The notes under the pieces: model-generated | The model's database searches: none | What the model saw: the letters and a program-made list of their open reading frames with translations, nothing else | What the model was told of the DNA's origin: nothing | Made by a program: the position numbers and the translations under genes | Part shown: one piece after another, positions 51,858-64,000 of the stretch | How positions within the stretch are numbered: the first letter of the stretch is position 1 | Layout of the letters: the number at the start of each line of letters is the position of its first letter | NCBI RefSeq assembly: GCF_036971445.1 | Contig: NC_091477.1 | Coordinates: forward strand, 44,144,001-44,208,000 | Source: Narcine bancroftii | Lineage: Eukaryota | Length of the DNA: 64,000 nucleotides | Direction of reading: 5' to 3'

Positions 51858-52410
51858 ATTTCAGATTTCAGATTTATTGTCAGAGTTGGGGCGGCACGGT
51901 TGGCATAGCAGTTAGTGCAACATCTTTACAGCACCAATGATTGGGACCAGACTTGGGTTCTTCACATGTCTGCTTGGTTTCCCTGGGGAGGTCTAGTTTC
52001 TTCTCACCATTCAAAATGTACTGGGGGTGTAGGTTAATGGGGTGTAAATTGGGCGGCATGGACTTGTGGGCCAAAATGACCTGTTACTGTGCTGTATGTC
52101 TAAATTAAAAAAAATAAAAATAAAATGCATACGTGACATCACATACTACCCTGAGATTCTCTTTTCCTGCGGGCGAGGTAGAATTACCACTTACTTGCAG
52201 TGCAAAAAAACTCAATGTACATATAAAAAAGGTAAACAAACTGACTGCACAATACAGAGAGAAAAAAAAAATCAATAATGTGCAAAAGTAAGAGTCCTTA
52301 AACAAGTCCCTAATTGAATTTGTTGTTGAGGAGTCTGATGGTGGAGGGGTAGCAGCTGTTCCTGAACATGGAGGTGCAAATCTTGTGCCACCTAGACCTG
52401 TACTTTTCTC
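51858..52410 (-). mobile_element. Rex1 3' end, same tail as 8605-8880
   Basis: TTTCAGATTTCAGATTTATTGTCAGAG...CCCTGAGATTCTCTTTTCCTGCGGGCGAGG matches 8615-8700. Confidence 0.8.
51888..52126 (+). mobile_element. V-SINE inserted in the Rex1 tail
   Basis: GGGGCGGCACGGTTGGCATAGCAGTTAG head, homology to 20707-20975, A-rich tail. Confidence 0.8.
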
Positions 52411-54959
52411 CAAGAGTTCTCAGAATTGCCATTGAATTTCTAATGGAAGCTTGGGGAATGAAGAAGGTAATGGCTTGATTGATGGAAGATGGCACTGGAT
52501 CATAAATTCTGGTCATTAGAATAAATGTACAATAGGATATGGTAATGTAGCAATATTGTTACTTGACTAGCAACCTGCAGAGCTATTTGAATATTTCAAA
52601 GAATCTCTGTCTTTACCAAGTCTGGTCTGTATGTGACTTCAATTCCACACCAACTTGGTTGACTTTTAACTGCCCTCCAGAATGGCCTAACAAGCCAGTT
52701 AGTTATTTCAAACTCCCCCTCACTGCAGGAATTATGGCAGGCCAAGGTCAAATACTTGTGGGAAATCAGGGATGAGTAAAAATTGCCAATCTTCTCAGTC
52801 AGCCTTTATTCTTAAAGTAAATAATGTCAAATCCAAATCTTCCTTCTTGAATCTGCATTCAAACTGGATTTACATCCCAATAAATATAAATGCTAAACCC
52901 TTACACCACTGTTTATTTTCAGACTGCAGCAAAGGCAATCAAGAAAGTACATTGGTTTTCTAACATGCATGTCTATATTCATCATATAATTGATGCTTTC
53001 CTTGTGATAAATATATAGGATATATCCTTTGTAGCTGAGATCTATTACACTGTTATTATTAGTAATCAAAGCTTTCCTGACACCAGACACCATCTGCAAA
53101 TCTCTTAATTAGAAAATAATTCCATTCACTACATGTACATTTGATGTAGGACCCCTTATTGTTAATACTAGGTTTGTTTGTTTTTACATTATTTATTATT
53201 TGCTGAGTACCCCAGATTTCATTCAACTAGATAGAATTGTGCCGGGATAAGAGTTGCCCCCAGTCACAAGAGGCAATGGAACATGTGTGTCAATCCAGCA
53301 TACATGATGACTATATAACTGGAGAGGGAAAGAATACATTTATTTGTTTTCCATCACAGCCAGTGCCACTCAGTGTAATCCCAGCCAAGGAACCTGGTGT
53401 TTTTTGCCTTTCATGGAGCTTCAAGAGCAGGTCAGCAAATCAGTTGGTGGTCTGTGTTCTGTTGAGAAGCAATTACCCAAATTTAGAGAAATATTTTCTT
53501 ATAAGTAGTTCTTTGTCAATCTATAAATCCTCTACTTCAATGTTGACTGCTATCCCCGCTGGTTTTCATGGGATTGCCATGAAGAAAGTACCAATGAAGC
53601 TTATTGCCAGCCAATAACCTCTCAACAGAACAACATCTGGATGGATATTTTCATTGTGCACTGTTGGAAAGTGGCAAAATATCAGTTTACAATAATATCA
53701 AATAGTGCATTAAATTATTTGAATGAATTTTCCACTTCTCCTAAGAGTTGATGTGTACTTGGAAAGCTTTTGCAGCAGATAAATAAATGGGAATATATGG
53801 TGGCTTTTGGAAGACATATTTGGCAATACTCGTGAGAGAGGATTTTTATTTTTTAGTTAAAATTAGTTATTCAATGATAACCCTACCTTAAGATGCTGCA
53901 ATGAAGTTCCTAGTGCCTTGGATTCTAGTTAGTTTTCATCATCCTCTTCAGAGTCAATTAGACCATCACTTTGGAGACTCAAACTATGAAAAATTAAGCA
54001 CATCGCAATTAATTGTATGTTATTTTGCCATAGAATATTCCATGATTTGCCAAAATAATCGGTTAAAACAGGAATAAATGGGCAAAAAGATTTTCAAACT
54101 TTGCATTGAAGACCTTGATAAAAAAAATTGAAATGGATATTGCTGAGATTTTCCCAGTAATAAGTCTGAAAAGAGAGGATGTTCTCAAATTGAATTGAAC
54201 TTTTCATATCATTCCACAACTGCTTCTCATTTATAAGCAGCCGGTATCCCACTTACTTTGCTTCCTCTATTCACTGTAACCTTAACATGTTCTGTCTTGA
54301 GCATATAATCAAGGTTAGTAAATTGGACACGCAGTGGTAAGGAGCTACTGGTGGAAAATAAATAAACATTAAGAAGGTATACCTTCACTCAATGACACAT
54401 CTGTGGCCATCAGTTCAGATATTGGCACTGGGTGAGATTTTTTATTTGTGCCTGTATAGGTAGTGAGCTTCGAGCATGGGACTAGGATTTATGGGCCATC
54501 GCTGATTGTTCTTGAAAAGATAATGAGTCCTTGGGTCATACAGCATGGAACAGACCCCTCAGTCCAACTTGTTCATGTCAACCAAATTGGGACTCTGGCC
54601 TCGTACCATTTGTCAGCATTTGGTCTGTATCCTTTTAAGCCAGGGGTGGCCAAACTATGGCCCCTGGACCAACTGCAGCCCATTGCCCATCTCTAAGTGG
54701 GCTTTTATAAAAGAAAATGGTGGCACTGCTATAATGGTAGCACTGCCATAGGTGCCAATCCAAGGGAGCAAATTCTCAACGCTCCCTCGCCGGATCCAAC
54801 TGTCAAGTTTGACTGCTGTCGACTCTGTTCAGATTTTAAATGGCCTATTAAAGGAAACAATGGTGGTTGAAAACTGCTGGGATTAATATCTCCTGTTTCT
54901 GGTGAGAAGAAAAAGAGAAAAGCAATTACTTTGGAGATGAAACAGAGGAATTTACAATG

Positions 54960-55358
54960 AAAAGAAGAAACAATCTGTCCAGTCAAAAATTGATATCTTC
55001 CTGAAGAAGACTATGCACATTAAACCATCAACAAGTGTTGATGCCCCAGTGCTTTCTACGTGTCGATGATGCAGTGCCTTCAACAAGCTGTTCTCAAGCA
55101 TCATTAGAAGAGTGAAATTGATGACCCTGTTGCATTAGCATGCTCACCATTCAGCAATTAATTTTAGTTCAATGCTTCAAATATTCTTTATGCCCAGTGT
55201 GCTTTGAGCAGTGTACGTTTTCTCAGTGTGGAATAAAGATATTCAAATTTTAATTATAAAAAATGGTGGGTGCGGTATTCTTTTTCAATTTACGATATTT
55301 TCAACTTACGATAGGTTTGCCAAATCATAGCCCCATTGTAAGTTATGGACCACCTGTA
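54960..55358 (+). mobile_element. Tigger/pogo-like DNA transposon 3' end
   Basis: C-terminal KKQSVQSKIDIFLKK-like coding remnant; terminal AACTTACGAT...GTAAGTT.GGACCACCTGTA. Confidence 0.55.
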
Positions 55359-56066
55359 TTAGAAATCCTAATGCTTTCGAATCTGGTTCACAGGTTATGT
55401 TTCACATGCTTTACACTGAGTGCCTATTCCCACACCCCCTTTAACCTAGAATATTTGTTACAACACTATACAGCATGTTAAAAAAGTGAATTAAAAGTGT
55501 GTTGGGGTATTCATAGCAATAACAACTGATGATCCAAATCCATAACTCTGGAATGGAAAAAAAGTCAGTTCCGAGCAACTCCCAAAGAAGGAAACTACTG
55601 TCTTCAGTTTCTTGCACTCCTCCAGGACTAGCCTCCATCTTCATCTACCCCAGGACTAGCCTCCATCTCTGTCCAATGAATACAATGCTGACAACTCGTC
55701 AATGCAGACAACTTGTCTAGACTTTCATGGCTGGATTTGACTAGACTACATTAGGTATTGTCATGTCAGGCTTTTATCTGCTAAAACTGTTCATCAATCC
55801 AGAAAGATAACCCACACTGTCTTTCCATTGTAACTCATCAAAGCATCCTCCAATATCTCCCACAGCCTTATTTTCATCCCTGCCTCAGATGATGCTATTA
55901 AAATGTTCACCAGTGATTTTTCTATACAATATACTTCTGGCTGGCCTTTCTTGTTCTAATCTTTGTAAAGATGAGGCCACTATCAATGTCTTAACTTTCT
56001 TCCAGCCTTGTTCACTCATTCCCAACAAAGCTAACCTATATTACGTTTGGATAAAGCAATACATGT

Positions 56067-56588
56067 ACTCTATATACTTGTGTAATCGTCAATAGCATGT
56101 AATAGTAGCCCACCCCAAATTTTGGCCCCATATTTGGGTGTTTTTGTATGACACATGTAAAGTTGACCCCACTATTTTTGGCCCTGACTGCCTGCCCATC
56201 CAAGCTCCTGACATCCTGACAGAGGACCTTTACCCTGGCCGCTCGCCTACCAGAGCTCCCAACACCCTGGCCGCCTGTTTCCTGGAGCTCCCAACACAGA
56301 TTCTCATCCTGGCTCTCCACCCATCCAAGCTCCTGACCATGGATCCTCGCCCCAGCCTCCTGCCAATCTGAACTCCCTACACTCCAGCCACCCACCTATC
56401 TGAATTCCCAATGCCCTGACTGAGGACTTACCACCAGGTCCCGGCCATCCGAGCTCCCAATACCCGAATAATACAGCTACTTCATGAGGTCAAAAGTTTG
56501 ACCCATGTAAATGTCAACCCCCCTCACCCCCACTTTTTTGGCCTGAAAAAGAGGTCCAAAAAATCAGACGATTACACAATAAACGGTA
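56067..56588. mobile_element. Tc1/mariner-type non-autonomous element with internal tandem repeats
   Basis: TA-flanked imperfect TIRs TACTCTATATACTTGTGTAATCGTC and GACGATTACACAATAAACGGTA; internal GAGCTCCCAACAC repeats. Confidence 0.65.
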
Positions 56589-57958
56589 TTTTTTAAAAAT
56601 TCACTTGTATATGGGTTCACTTCTCCATAATTCTGTCTTTTCCAGTAACTCTTCTGTAAAAATATGCTACCAATTCTGGCCTCTTGATCCCAAATTTAAC
56701 TTCTGGTGAAAGATTAACGAATGGAAATGTTATCCCTGATTTTCTCACAATGAGTGCAGTCCAATATCTGCAGTATTTTCCTTGGGGCTCAGAATTTAAT
56801 TGCTTCAATCAGTTTCAAAGGCCCCAAACTCCAGAATCATCTCCCTAACCTTTTCACTTTCTTAAGGCACTTCTTAAAACCTACTGTTTTGACCAAGCAT
56901 ATATTTATTGATGTATGTCAGCTTTTAGTTTTGTTTGCTAATAAAGCCAGAGCCATCATTCTTCTTGGAGGGAATTCTAGAATTCTACCACCTTTGGGTG
57001 ACTTTCATTACCGTCATTTACATAAATTTCAAAACATTATTAAGTCCCATGCATTGCCACAAATTCTGTGATCCCCAATAAAACCAGGAGTTCACATGCA
57101 CCATTGACAGATTGCATCAAATAACTTATCCTATAATTTCACAAATAAAATTGCTAAATTGCTCACCAGCACAATCACATATTTTTATCAATTACACTGC
57201 ACAAAGTATCACTTTCTGTATCCCGTGCCCTGATTTAATTTCTCCTGTTCATTCATTACACATTATAAAACCAGGCATTCAAACAGCATGCAGACCGAGA
57301 TGTCAAGTGAAAATGTCGCTGCTGTTAATAGAGTTGTATATCTCCACCCCTCCCCCAAAGCCGCAGAATAGAAGTTTTCCTACCACAGGAGAACACTGGG
57401 AGTGATGTACAACTTCATTGTGTCAGCTAGCCTGGGAAAATCAAGCAGGTCATGAAATCTCTTGTCTCTGGCTAGTCCATCCAGTCAGCCTCATTTTTTT
57501 AAATAAATCTCTTGGTGTCGCTGAATGCCACAGGCAGGGCTGACATTAACAATAACCTAATCCAACTGTACACAAGCCTTCTCAAGTGCACAGGGATTCC
57601 GAGGCTTCAAGCCCCCATTCTTTCTCTTTCATTCTGATTGTCTCTTCATATGTATTGCCTGATTTTAATATGTTCTGTCAACATTCCCTTGGCATTCTGC
57701 TGGTTTTAAATTAATATGAGCTTTCATAGTCATCATGCAAAATCTATTTACTGATTAAAGCACTCAAATCAACTTATAACATAGGTCTGAAATTCATGTT
57801 ATGTGTTGCCAGAAGCATTGCATTACCAATTCTAGGTGTGTTACCATTTAATCACAGTAGACGCGGTCAATTTTCTTAAATGCACTTGCAATAATAGACA
57901 TAGTTTTGCTTTAGAAAACAATGAACCGCTGGAGAAATTCAGAGGGTCAGACACCATT

Positions 57959-58078
57959 GCAAAAGATATTACAGTAAACCTCCAGTGATCCTGGGCCATT
58001 GGATGTTCCTCTTAATAGTTTTGGAAAAGTTTTACTTAACTTTTTTTTAACATGCTGCACAGAAGCAGAACAGATTTT
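57959..58078. repeat. Perfect 120-bp inverted copy of 59810-59929
   Basis: Base-for-base reverse complement by eye; followed by a tandem TTTATATAGGTATAAA duplication. Confidence 0.92.
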
Positions 58079-58458
58079 ATATAGGTATAAATTTATATAG
58101 GTATAAATTGTCAGTCAACACTTTGGATCAGGACCCTACGTCAAGACGAAGGTAAAAAGGAGCAATTGCATATATTTAGGAAAAAAAAGCTGGGATACGT
58201 GCTAAGAGGTGATAAATATAAGACAGAATGTGTGTAAGAGATAGAGAGACAGATAGAGGGAGACAACAGTGGACTGGGGTGGGGGGGGGGGAGAAGAAAA
58301 GTTAGAGGAAATAAATAGGTACAAGGGTAGGGAGAAATGGAAATGAAACCAGAAGGGGGCAGGGGTTACCTAAAATTGTAAAAATTGTTATTTTTGCCAT
58401 TAGGTTTAAGGCTGTCCAGGAGAAATATTATGTGTTGTTCCTCAAGTTTACTCTTCAC

Positions 58459-58685
58459 TTATTTAGTTAATTAGGTTGGGTTTTTTTTAGGTTTTTGGTG
58501 GGGGCTCTGAACCCCACTTGTATTCATTTGTATCTATATAATTGGTATGGCTATGTGTTTGGAGGGAAAAGGGAGGGGAAACAAAACACAGACTCTGTAT
58601 ATTCTATGAATGTTGAAAAAGATTGTATTGATTATTGAAATTACTTTTAGTCTGTAAAAAATTAAAATAAAATATTTTTGAAAAA
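58459..58685 (+). mobile_element. Severely 5'-truncated L1-type 3'UTR insertion
   Basis: AATAAA plus A tail; imperfect TSD AAGTTTACTCTTCAC / AAATTTACACTTCAC. Confidence 0.6.
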
Positions 58686-58737
58686 TTTACACTTCACCCT
58701 GATAATAGATGGGATAATAGATAATAGATGGGTGCAA

Positions 58738-58738
<1 letters not shown>

Positions 58739-58769
<31 letters not shown>
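58739..58769. repeat. (TA)n microsatellite
   Basis: Directly visible. Confidence 0.95.
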
Positions 58770-58771
<2 letters not shown>

Positions 58772-61589
58772 GTGTAGGAATAATTTTTGGAGTTGAAATG
58801 GTTGGCCACAGCAAGCAGAAATTTAGATTCACAGAGAGCACAGGTGTTTAGTTTCACCAATGTTGGACGATGTGCATATAAAGCTCTGCCTCACCTGGAA
58901 TACCTGCTTGTGGCCCTGGATGGAGGTGAGTAGAGAGGTGTAGGGATAAGTTTTGCACCTTCTGTAATTACTGCAAGAAGTGTCTCAGGAGGTGGAAGGG
59001 TGAGTGGGGAGGCAAACGACTAGGAAGCCTTGGAGACACTTACCCTGAAAAAGGCAGAAGGCTGGAAAGGGGAAGATGTGACTAGAAGTTGGATTGCATT
59101 GGTTGATGAAAAAAATCAGATCTGGAAACTGTGGGGTAGAAAATGAGGACCAGGGCTTCGCTGGTTGTGGGTCTAAACTGAAGCTTTCTGTAGCCAACTA
59201 TTTTAACTCTCCAACAATCTTAAACTTAATGGCATGAACATCAATTTTTATCATTTTAGGTAACCTCCACCTTTACCTGGTTCAACTATTTCTGTCCCTT
59301 TTTACCTACACCTGAACTTATTATTTTCTTCTCTCTCACATTTTTCTTCCCTCCTCCCCCTCATGTGGTTTCTCTGTCTATCTGTCTCTCCATCTCTGTC
59401 CTATACCCCATCACTTCTGGGTCCCTTCTCTAGCTTCTTTCCCTCTTTATATATGCAATTTCACTTTTTAAAATCTTGATAAAGATCATAACTTAAAGAA
59501 TTGACTGATCATTTCTACCCATGGATGATGACTGACCTGCTGAGTTCTCCTGCAGCTCATAGTTTACTCAGTATTCCAGTATCTGCAGTATTTGTATTTC
59601 CTTATAGTTTTATTTTTAGTCACTTTACATATTATTGAAGCCTTGTAGCTTCATTATATTTTAATTTCATTTCATTTTAAATTTAGAGATACAATATGGT
59701 TGCAAACCTTTCTGGCCCACAAGCCCATGCTGCTCAAATACAGAGCCCTAGCTTGGGTCCAGGGTGCTTGTACATCTCCTGATCCATTTGAACTCAACAG
59801 GCTCCCTGGAAAATCTGTTCTGCTTCTGTGCAGCATGTTAAAAAAAAGTTAAGTAAAACTTTTCCAAAACTATTAAGAGGAACATCCAATGGCCCAGGAT
59901 CACTGGAGGTTTACTGTAATATCTTTTGCTCATATGTCGTTACATTTTCCATGAGGCAACACAGGCTACTGTATTTGCATGTGGAGGGCAATGGACAGAC
60001 TCTTTCTCTCTCTCTCTGGAGGAAGGGGACGGTGGTTCTATCTGGAAAGAGGCATCAGCTCCCTTCCTGTGTGCCGGGTTGGGGGAGACATGAGCACACT
60101 TTCTGTTGGTACAGGGGAGTTGACGAGACTGTTCTTTTGTGGGGTGCTGGAAACACAGCCTCCCTGACTGTGGAAGCACTTTCACTGTGGGGTGGGGGTG
60201 GGAGCAAGAGATTAGTTGGGTATGGTTTTATGCAGACTGTGAGGTTCCCAAGAATCTACGTAACTACCTACACACTGAACCCTACCGAGATTGACGTGTA
60301 GCAGTCGGACCAAGTGGCCAATGACAAGAAAACAAGGTTCAGGTTTCCTTGCAAAACTCTAGTTGGAGCATTACCAGGGAATAACGCAATTCCTCATGTT
60401 CATGTTTGCAAGGATGACTGACAACTAGAAGCATCTATTCAAAATTTCTGAACGTTTCAAAGCATCTTGAAATGGTTGTTCTCATGCTTCACTTGTGAAA
60501 AATTGATTCTCACTAACCTAATACAGAAATAACATTATAATTATGCTTTCCCATTTCCAATCATTTGTAGGGTCTATTTGGTTGCGGTGTGACCAGGTTG
60601 GGTGTGGGTTCAGTGGGTTGCATATTGGACAGGATGTAAGGTTCACTGGATTCCTTATGGGAAAGGTCCAAGGGGTTCACTGGGTGATATGTGAACATGT
60701 TGTGGGTTCACCAGGTTTCACGTGGACAGATTGTAGGGTTAGACAGATGGGCTGCACATGTTTTAAATTAAATTGCAACAGCTGCAGAATTGATCCTATT
60801 CAACTGTGACAGCTGTTATAAAGCCATAAAGAATAAAATGAAGGGAATTCTATTGTGAGATTTTTCTGATTTGGTGAGGGACACAGTGCCCTTTATATAA
60901 CTTGCTTTTCAAAAATCTGTTTCTGTTTGATTGGACAATCAGCCGTACTTAACAAACTCAGTGATTTCAGAAACATTTTAAAAGTTATATATTAGAATTA
61001 TGAACCATTCTCAAAAGCATACCAATGAAAAACTTTCCAATTGGATGCAATTTTATTAGCGATATTTTCTGTTCTGCTGACATTTTTGAGTACATGAAAG
61101 GAGAGACCATGTGGGTCATCCCATTGACCATACCTCTGACTATGGGCATTTCTAACCAGTTGCAAACATTAAAGTAGATTGATGTCATCATTAATTTCCA
61201 TTATAGTACTGAGCTTAATCCCAGTTCTTGTTTTGGTCATGAAGGAAAGGAACATTTTGAAAACATTCCTTTTAATTCATTTGCAGTCTGTGGCCCTCAT
61301 GGACAAGGCCAATATTTATTGCTCCTCCCTAATGAGAGAGGCGAGCTGCCTCTTGAACAATTTTTAATCACTAGAGTGAAAGTGAAGTGCAATACTGTGA
61401 AGAGTTCCAGGATTTAAACCCAGCAACTGGATGAGATCCCCATTTTAAAATGTGCTAGGGTACTACTCTTACCCCTCATTGAGCCAAGTTAATTCACTAG
61501 ATCTTTAAAACATGATGGGTTGTGCCCAGCACCTCATGACCACACTATTTTGAGCAGCTGGATCTGTTCTAATCTATGGTGTCTTCAAA

Positions 61590-63400
61590 ATCACGAGATT
61601 ACAAGATATGGGAGCAGAAGTAGGCCCATTGAGTCCACTCTGCCATTCTAATCATGAGCTGATCCATCCTCCCACTCAGCCTGGCTTTCTCCCCATAACC
61701 CGACTTTGACTCACCTCTGCCTTAAATATACCCAATGACCTCGCTTCCACACCACCTGTGACAACAAGTTCCACAGACTCACGACCCTCTAACTAAATAA
61801 ATTTTTCAGCATCTCTGTTTTAAATTGATGCCATTTTATCCTGAAGTTGTGCCCTCTTGTCCTAGACTCCCCTACCATGGGAAACATCCTTGCCACATCT
61901 ACTCTGTCCAGGCCTTTCAGCATCGGAAATGCTTCTATGAGGTCCCCCCTCATCCTTCTGTACTCCAATGAGTACAGACCAAGAGCCGACGATCATTCCT
62001 CATATGCTAACCCTTTCAATCCTGGTATCAATCTAGTAAATTTTCTCTGAAACCTCTACAGCACCACCACTTCTTTTCTCAAATATGGCACCCAAAATGG
62101 TATACAGTACTTCAAATGAGGTCTCATCAGTGCTTTATAGAGTCTCAACATTACATCCCTGTTCTTATGTACTATTTCTCCAGAAGTGAATGGCAACATT
62201 GCATTCACCTTCTTCACCACCAACTCAACCTAGAGGTTAATATTTAGGATATCCTGCACGAGTCCCTATGCACCTTGGGATTTTGAATTTTCTCCCCATC
62301 TAAATAATAGTCTGCCTGTCTCTTTCTTCTACCAAAATGCAAGACTGGACATTTTGCAACATTGCATTTCATCTGCACCTGTTCATTTTCCTAATCTATC
62401 CATGTTTCTCTGCAGCCTTTCAGTATCCCCAGCACCGCCTACCTATTTTGGTATCATCTGTAAATTTAGCCCCAAAGCCATCTATTCCATAGTCCAAAAA
62501 ATTGTAATAGATTTGTCAAGCATAGTTTTCCTTTAAGGAAATCATGCTGACTTAGGCTTATATTTTCATTCACCTCCAGGTATTCTGAAACTTCATCACT
62601 GACAATCGACTCCAACAGTTTCCCAACCACCTATGCCTGGCTAATAGGTCCATAATCTCCTTTCTGCTGCCTTGATCCCTTCTTAAACAAGCGGAGTGAT
62701 ATTTGCGATCTTCCAGTTCACTAGAATCATACCAGGCTCCATTGATTCCTGAAAGATCATTACCAATGCCTCCACAATCCCTACAGCTACCTCCTTCAGA
62801 ATCCATGAGTGCATCCCATCCAGTCTGGGAGACTTATCTACCTTTAGCTTACCAAGTACCTTCTCTCTCATGATCTTGACTGCACTCTTCTGAGAGAGCC
62901 ATGAGAATCTGGTATGCTACTAATGTCTTCCACAGTGAAGATTAATCCAAATATTCATTCAGTTCCTCTGCCATCTTCTTGTTTCCCATTACAATTTAAC
63001 TAGTGTAATTTTCTATTGGTCCTATGTCTACTTTGGCCATTCTTTTACTCTTTATATATTTAAAAAAGTTTTTAGTATCCTCTTTGATATTATTTGCTAA
63101 TTTCCTAATCACCTTCTTAGTTGTCTTCTCCAAGATTTTAAGTTCCCGTCCTTTAACTTCTCACTTAATTTTGCTTCCTTGTGTGACCTCTCTTTTGCTT
63201 TTATTTTGCCTTTAACTCCTTCATCAGCGACAATTGTCTCATTTTTCCATTCATTATTTTCTTTCCTTTTTGAATGTACCTGTCCTGCACTTTCCTCATT
63301 TTGTGCATAAACTCAAGCTATTGTTGATCTGCCATCTTCCCTATTAGTATGTTTTTCCAATCAACTTTGGTCAGTTCCTCTTTCATGTGACTGTAATTTC
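61590..63400 (-). mobile_element. CR1 LINE, internally deleted
   Basis: LKVDKSP-LDGMH..ILKEVA..IVEALVMIFQES..WKIANITPL; CR1 3'UTR near 61590-61800. Confidence 0.85.
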
Positions 63401-64000
63401 CAACAAGGTCGGGTCAGATACAGCAATGAGCTCTCTGAACCCTTCTCCATTAACAATGGCGTGAAGCAAGGCTGCGTTCTCGCACCAACCCTCTTTTCAA
63501 TCTTCTTCAGCATGATGCTGAAACAAGCCATGAAAGACCTCAACAATGAAGACGCTGTTTACATCCGGTACCGCACGGATGGCAGTCTCTTCAATCTGAG
63601 GCGCCTGCAAGCTCACACCAAGACACAAGAGAAACTTGTCCGTGAACTACTCTTTGCAGACGATGCCGCTTTAGTTGCCTATTCAGAGCCAGCTCTTCAG
63701 CGCTTGACGTCCTGCTTTGCGGAAACTGCCAAAATGTTTGGCTTGGAAGTCAGCCTCAAGAAAACTGAGGTCCTCCATCAGCCAGCTCCCCACCATGACT
63801 ACCAGCCCCCCCACATCTCCATCGGGCACACAAAACTCAAAACGGTCAACCAGTTTACCTATCTCGGCTGCACCATTTCATCAGATGCAAGGATCGACAA
63901 TGAGATAGACAACAGACTCGCCAAGGCAAATAGCGCCTTTGGAAGACTACACAAAAGAGTCTGGAAAAACAACCAACTGAAAAACCTCACAAAGATAAGC
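63401..64000 (+). mobile_element. Young 5'-truncated RTE/BovB-like LINE; RT frame open to the window edge
   Basis: Stop-free 200-codon frame QQGRVRYSNELSEPFSINNGVKQGCVLAPTLFSIFF...LFNLRRL...ELLFADD...FTYLGCTISSDARIDNEIDNRLAKANSAFGRL; CpGs retained. It is absent from the ORF track because it has no stop inside the window. Confidence 0.9.

Larger units (their letters stand above)
57915..59600. mobile_element. Old PLE 3' region with an inverted terminal copy (minus strand to about 59130, plus strand after about 59170)
   Basis: GIY-YIG-tail remnants and hammerhead-like tails in opposite orientations at both ends. Confidence 0.6.

Noticed and set aside
53740-54240. Possible hAT/Charlie transposase fossil
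   Set aside because: Only faint motif resemblance across frameshifts; it cannot be supported without an HMM search.
56180-56470. Repeated GAGCTCCCAACAC units resembling a CRISPR-like array
   Set aside because: The units are degenerate, irregularly spaced and inside a TIR element in a vertebrate context, with no unique fixed-length spacers and no cas genes.
60585-60750. Degenerate repeats of about 30 bp (GGTTCAC/GGTTCAG motif)
   Set aside because: Too short and decayed; most simply an old minisatellite.
1-64000. A novel prokaryote-type system (retron, DGR or defence island) suggested by the many RT ORFs and near-identical repeats
   Set aside because: All RTs fall into known eukaryotic TE clades and nearly all are pseudogenised. 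The duplicated segments show no adenine-specific variation and there is no operon structure.

Overview
This is AT-rich vertebrate genomic DNA, almost certainly from a cartilaginous fish: the mix of V-SINEs, a DeuSINE/SacSINE-like element, CR1, Rex1/Babar, Penelope-like elements (PLE), L1 and Gypsy elements is elasmobranch-like (inference). It is mostly a nested transposon graveyard. It holds one full-length degenerate L1 (1935-8035, minus strand, 17-bp TSD), two complete but dead Gypsy LTR retrotransposons (27536-31455; 33740-38005) and a truncated third, four TSD-flanked solo LTRs, a PLE with an internal inverted duplication, many PLE-tail remnants with degenerate hammerhead motifs, several MITEs, and a young, uninterrupted RTE/BovB-like RT fragment running off the right edge. 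I could not identify any intact host protein-coding gene. A GC-rich promoter-like region (about 13.4-14.0 kb) with outward-facing splice donors and a candidate exon at 21316-21638 suggest the 5' end and first introns of an unidentified gene. I cannot support a claim of a wholly new biological system. The best leads are: a Gypsy element lacking a tRNA primer site whose post-LTR sequence pairs with its own LTR poly(A) signal; three independent locally templated insertions; a YY1-like site at the L1 5' tip; and the young RTE. All family names come from motif recognition by eye, not from database searches. Boundaries without TSD support are approximate.
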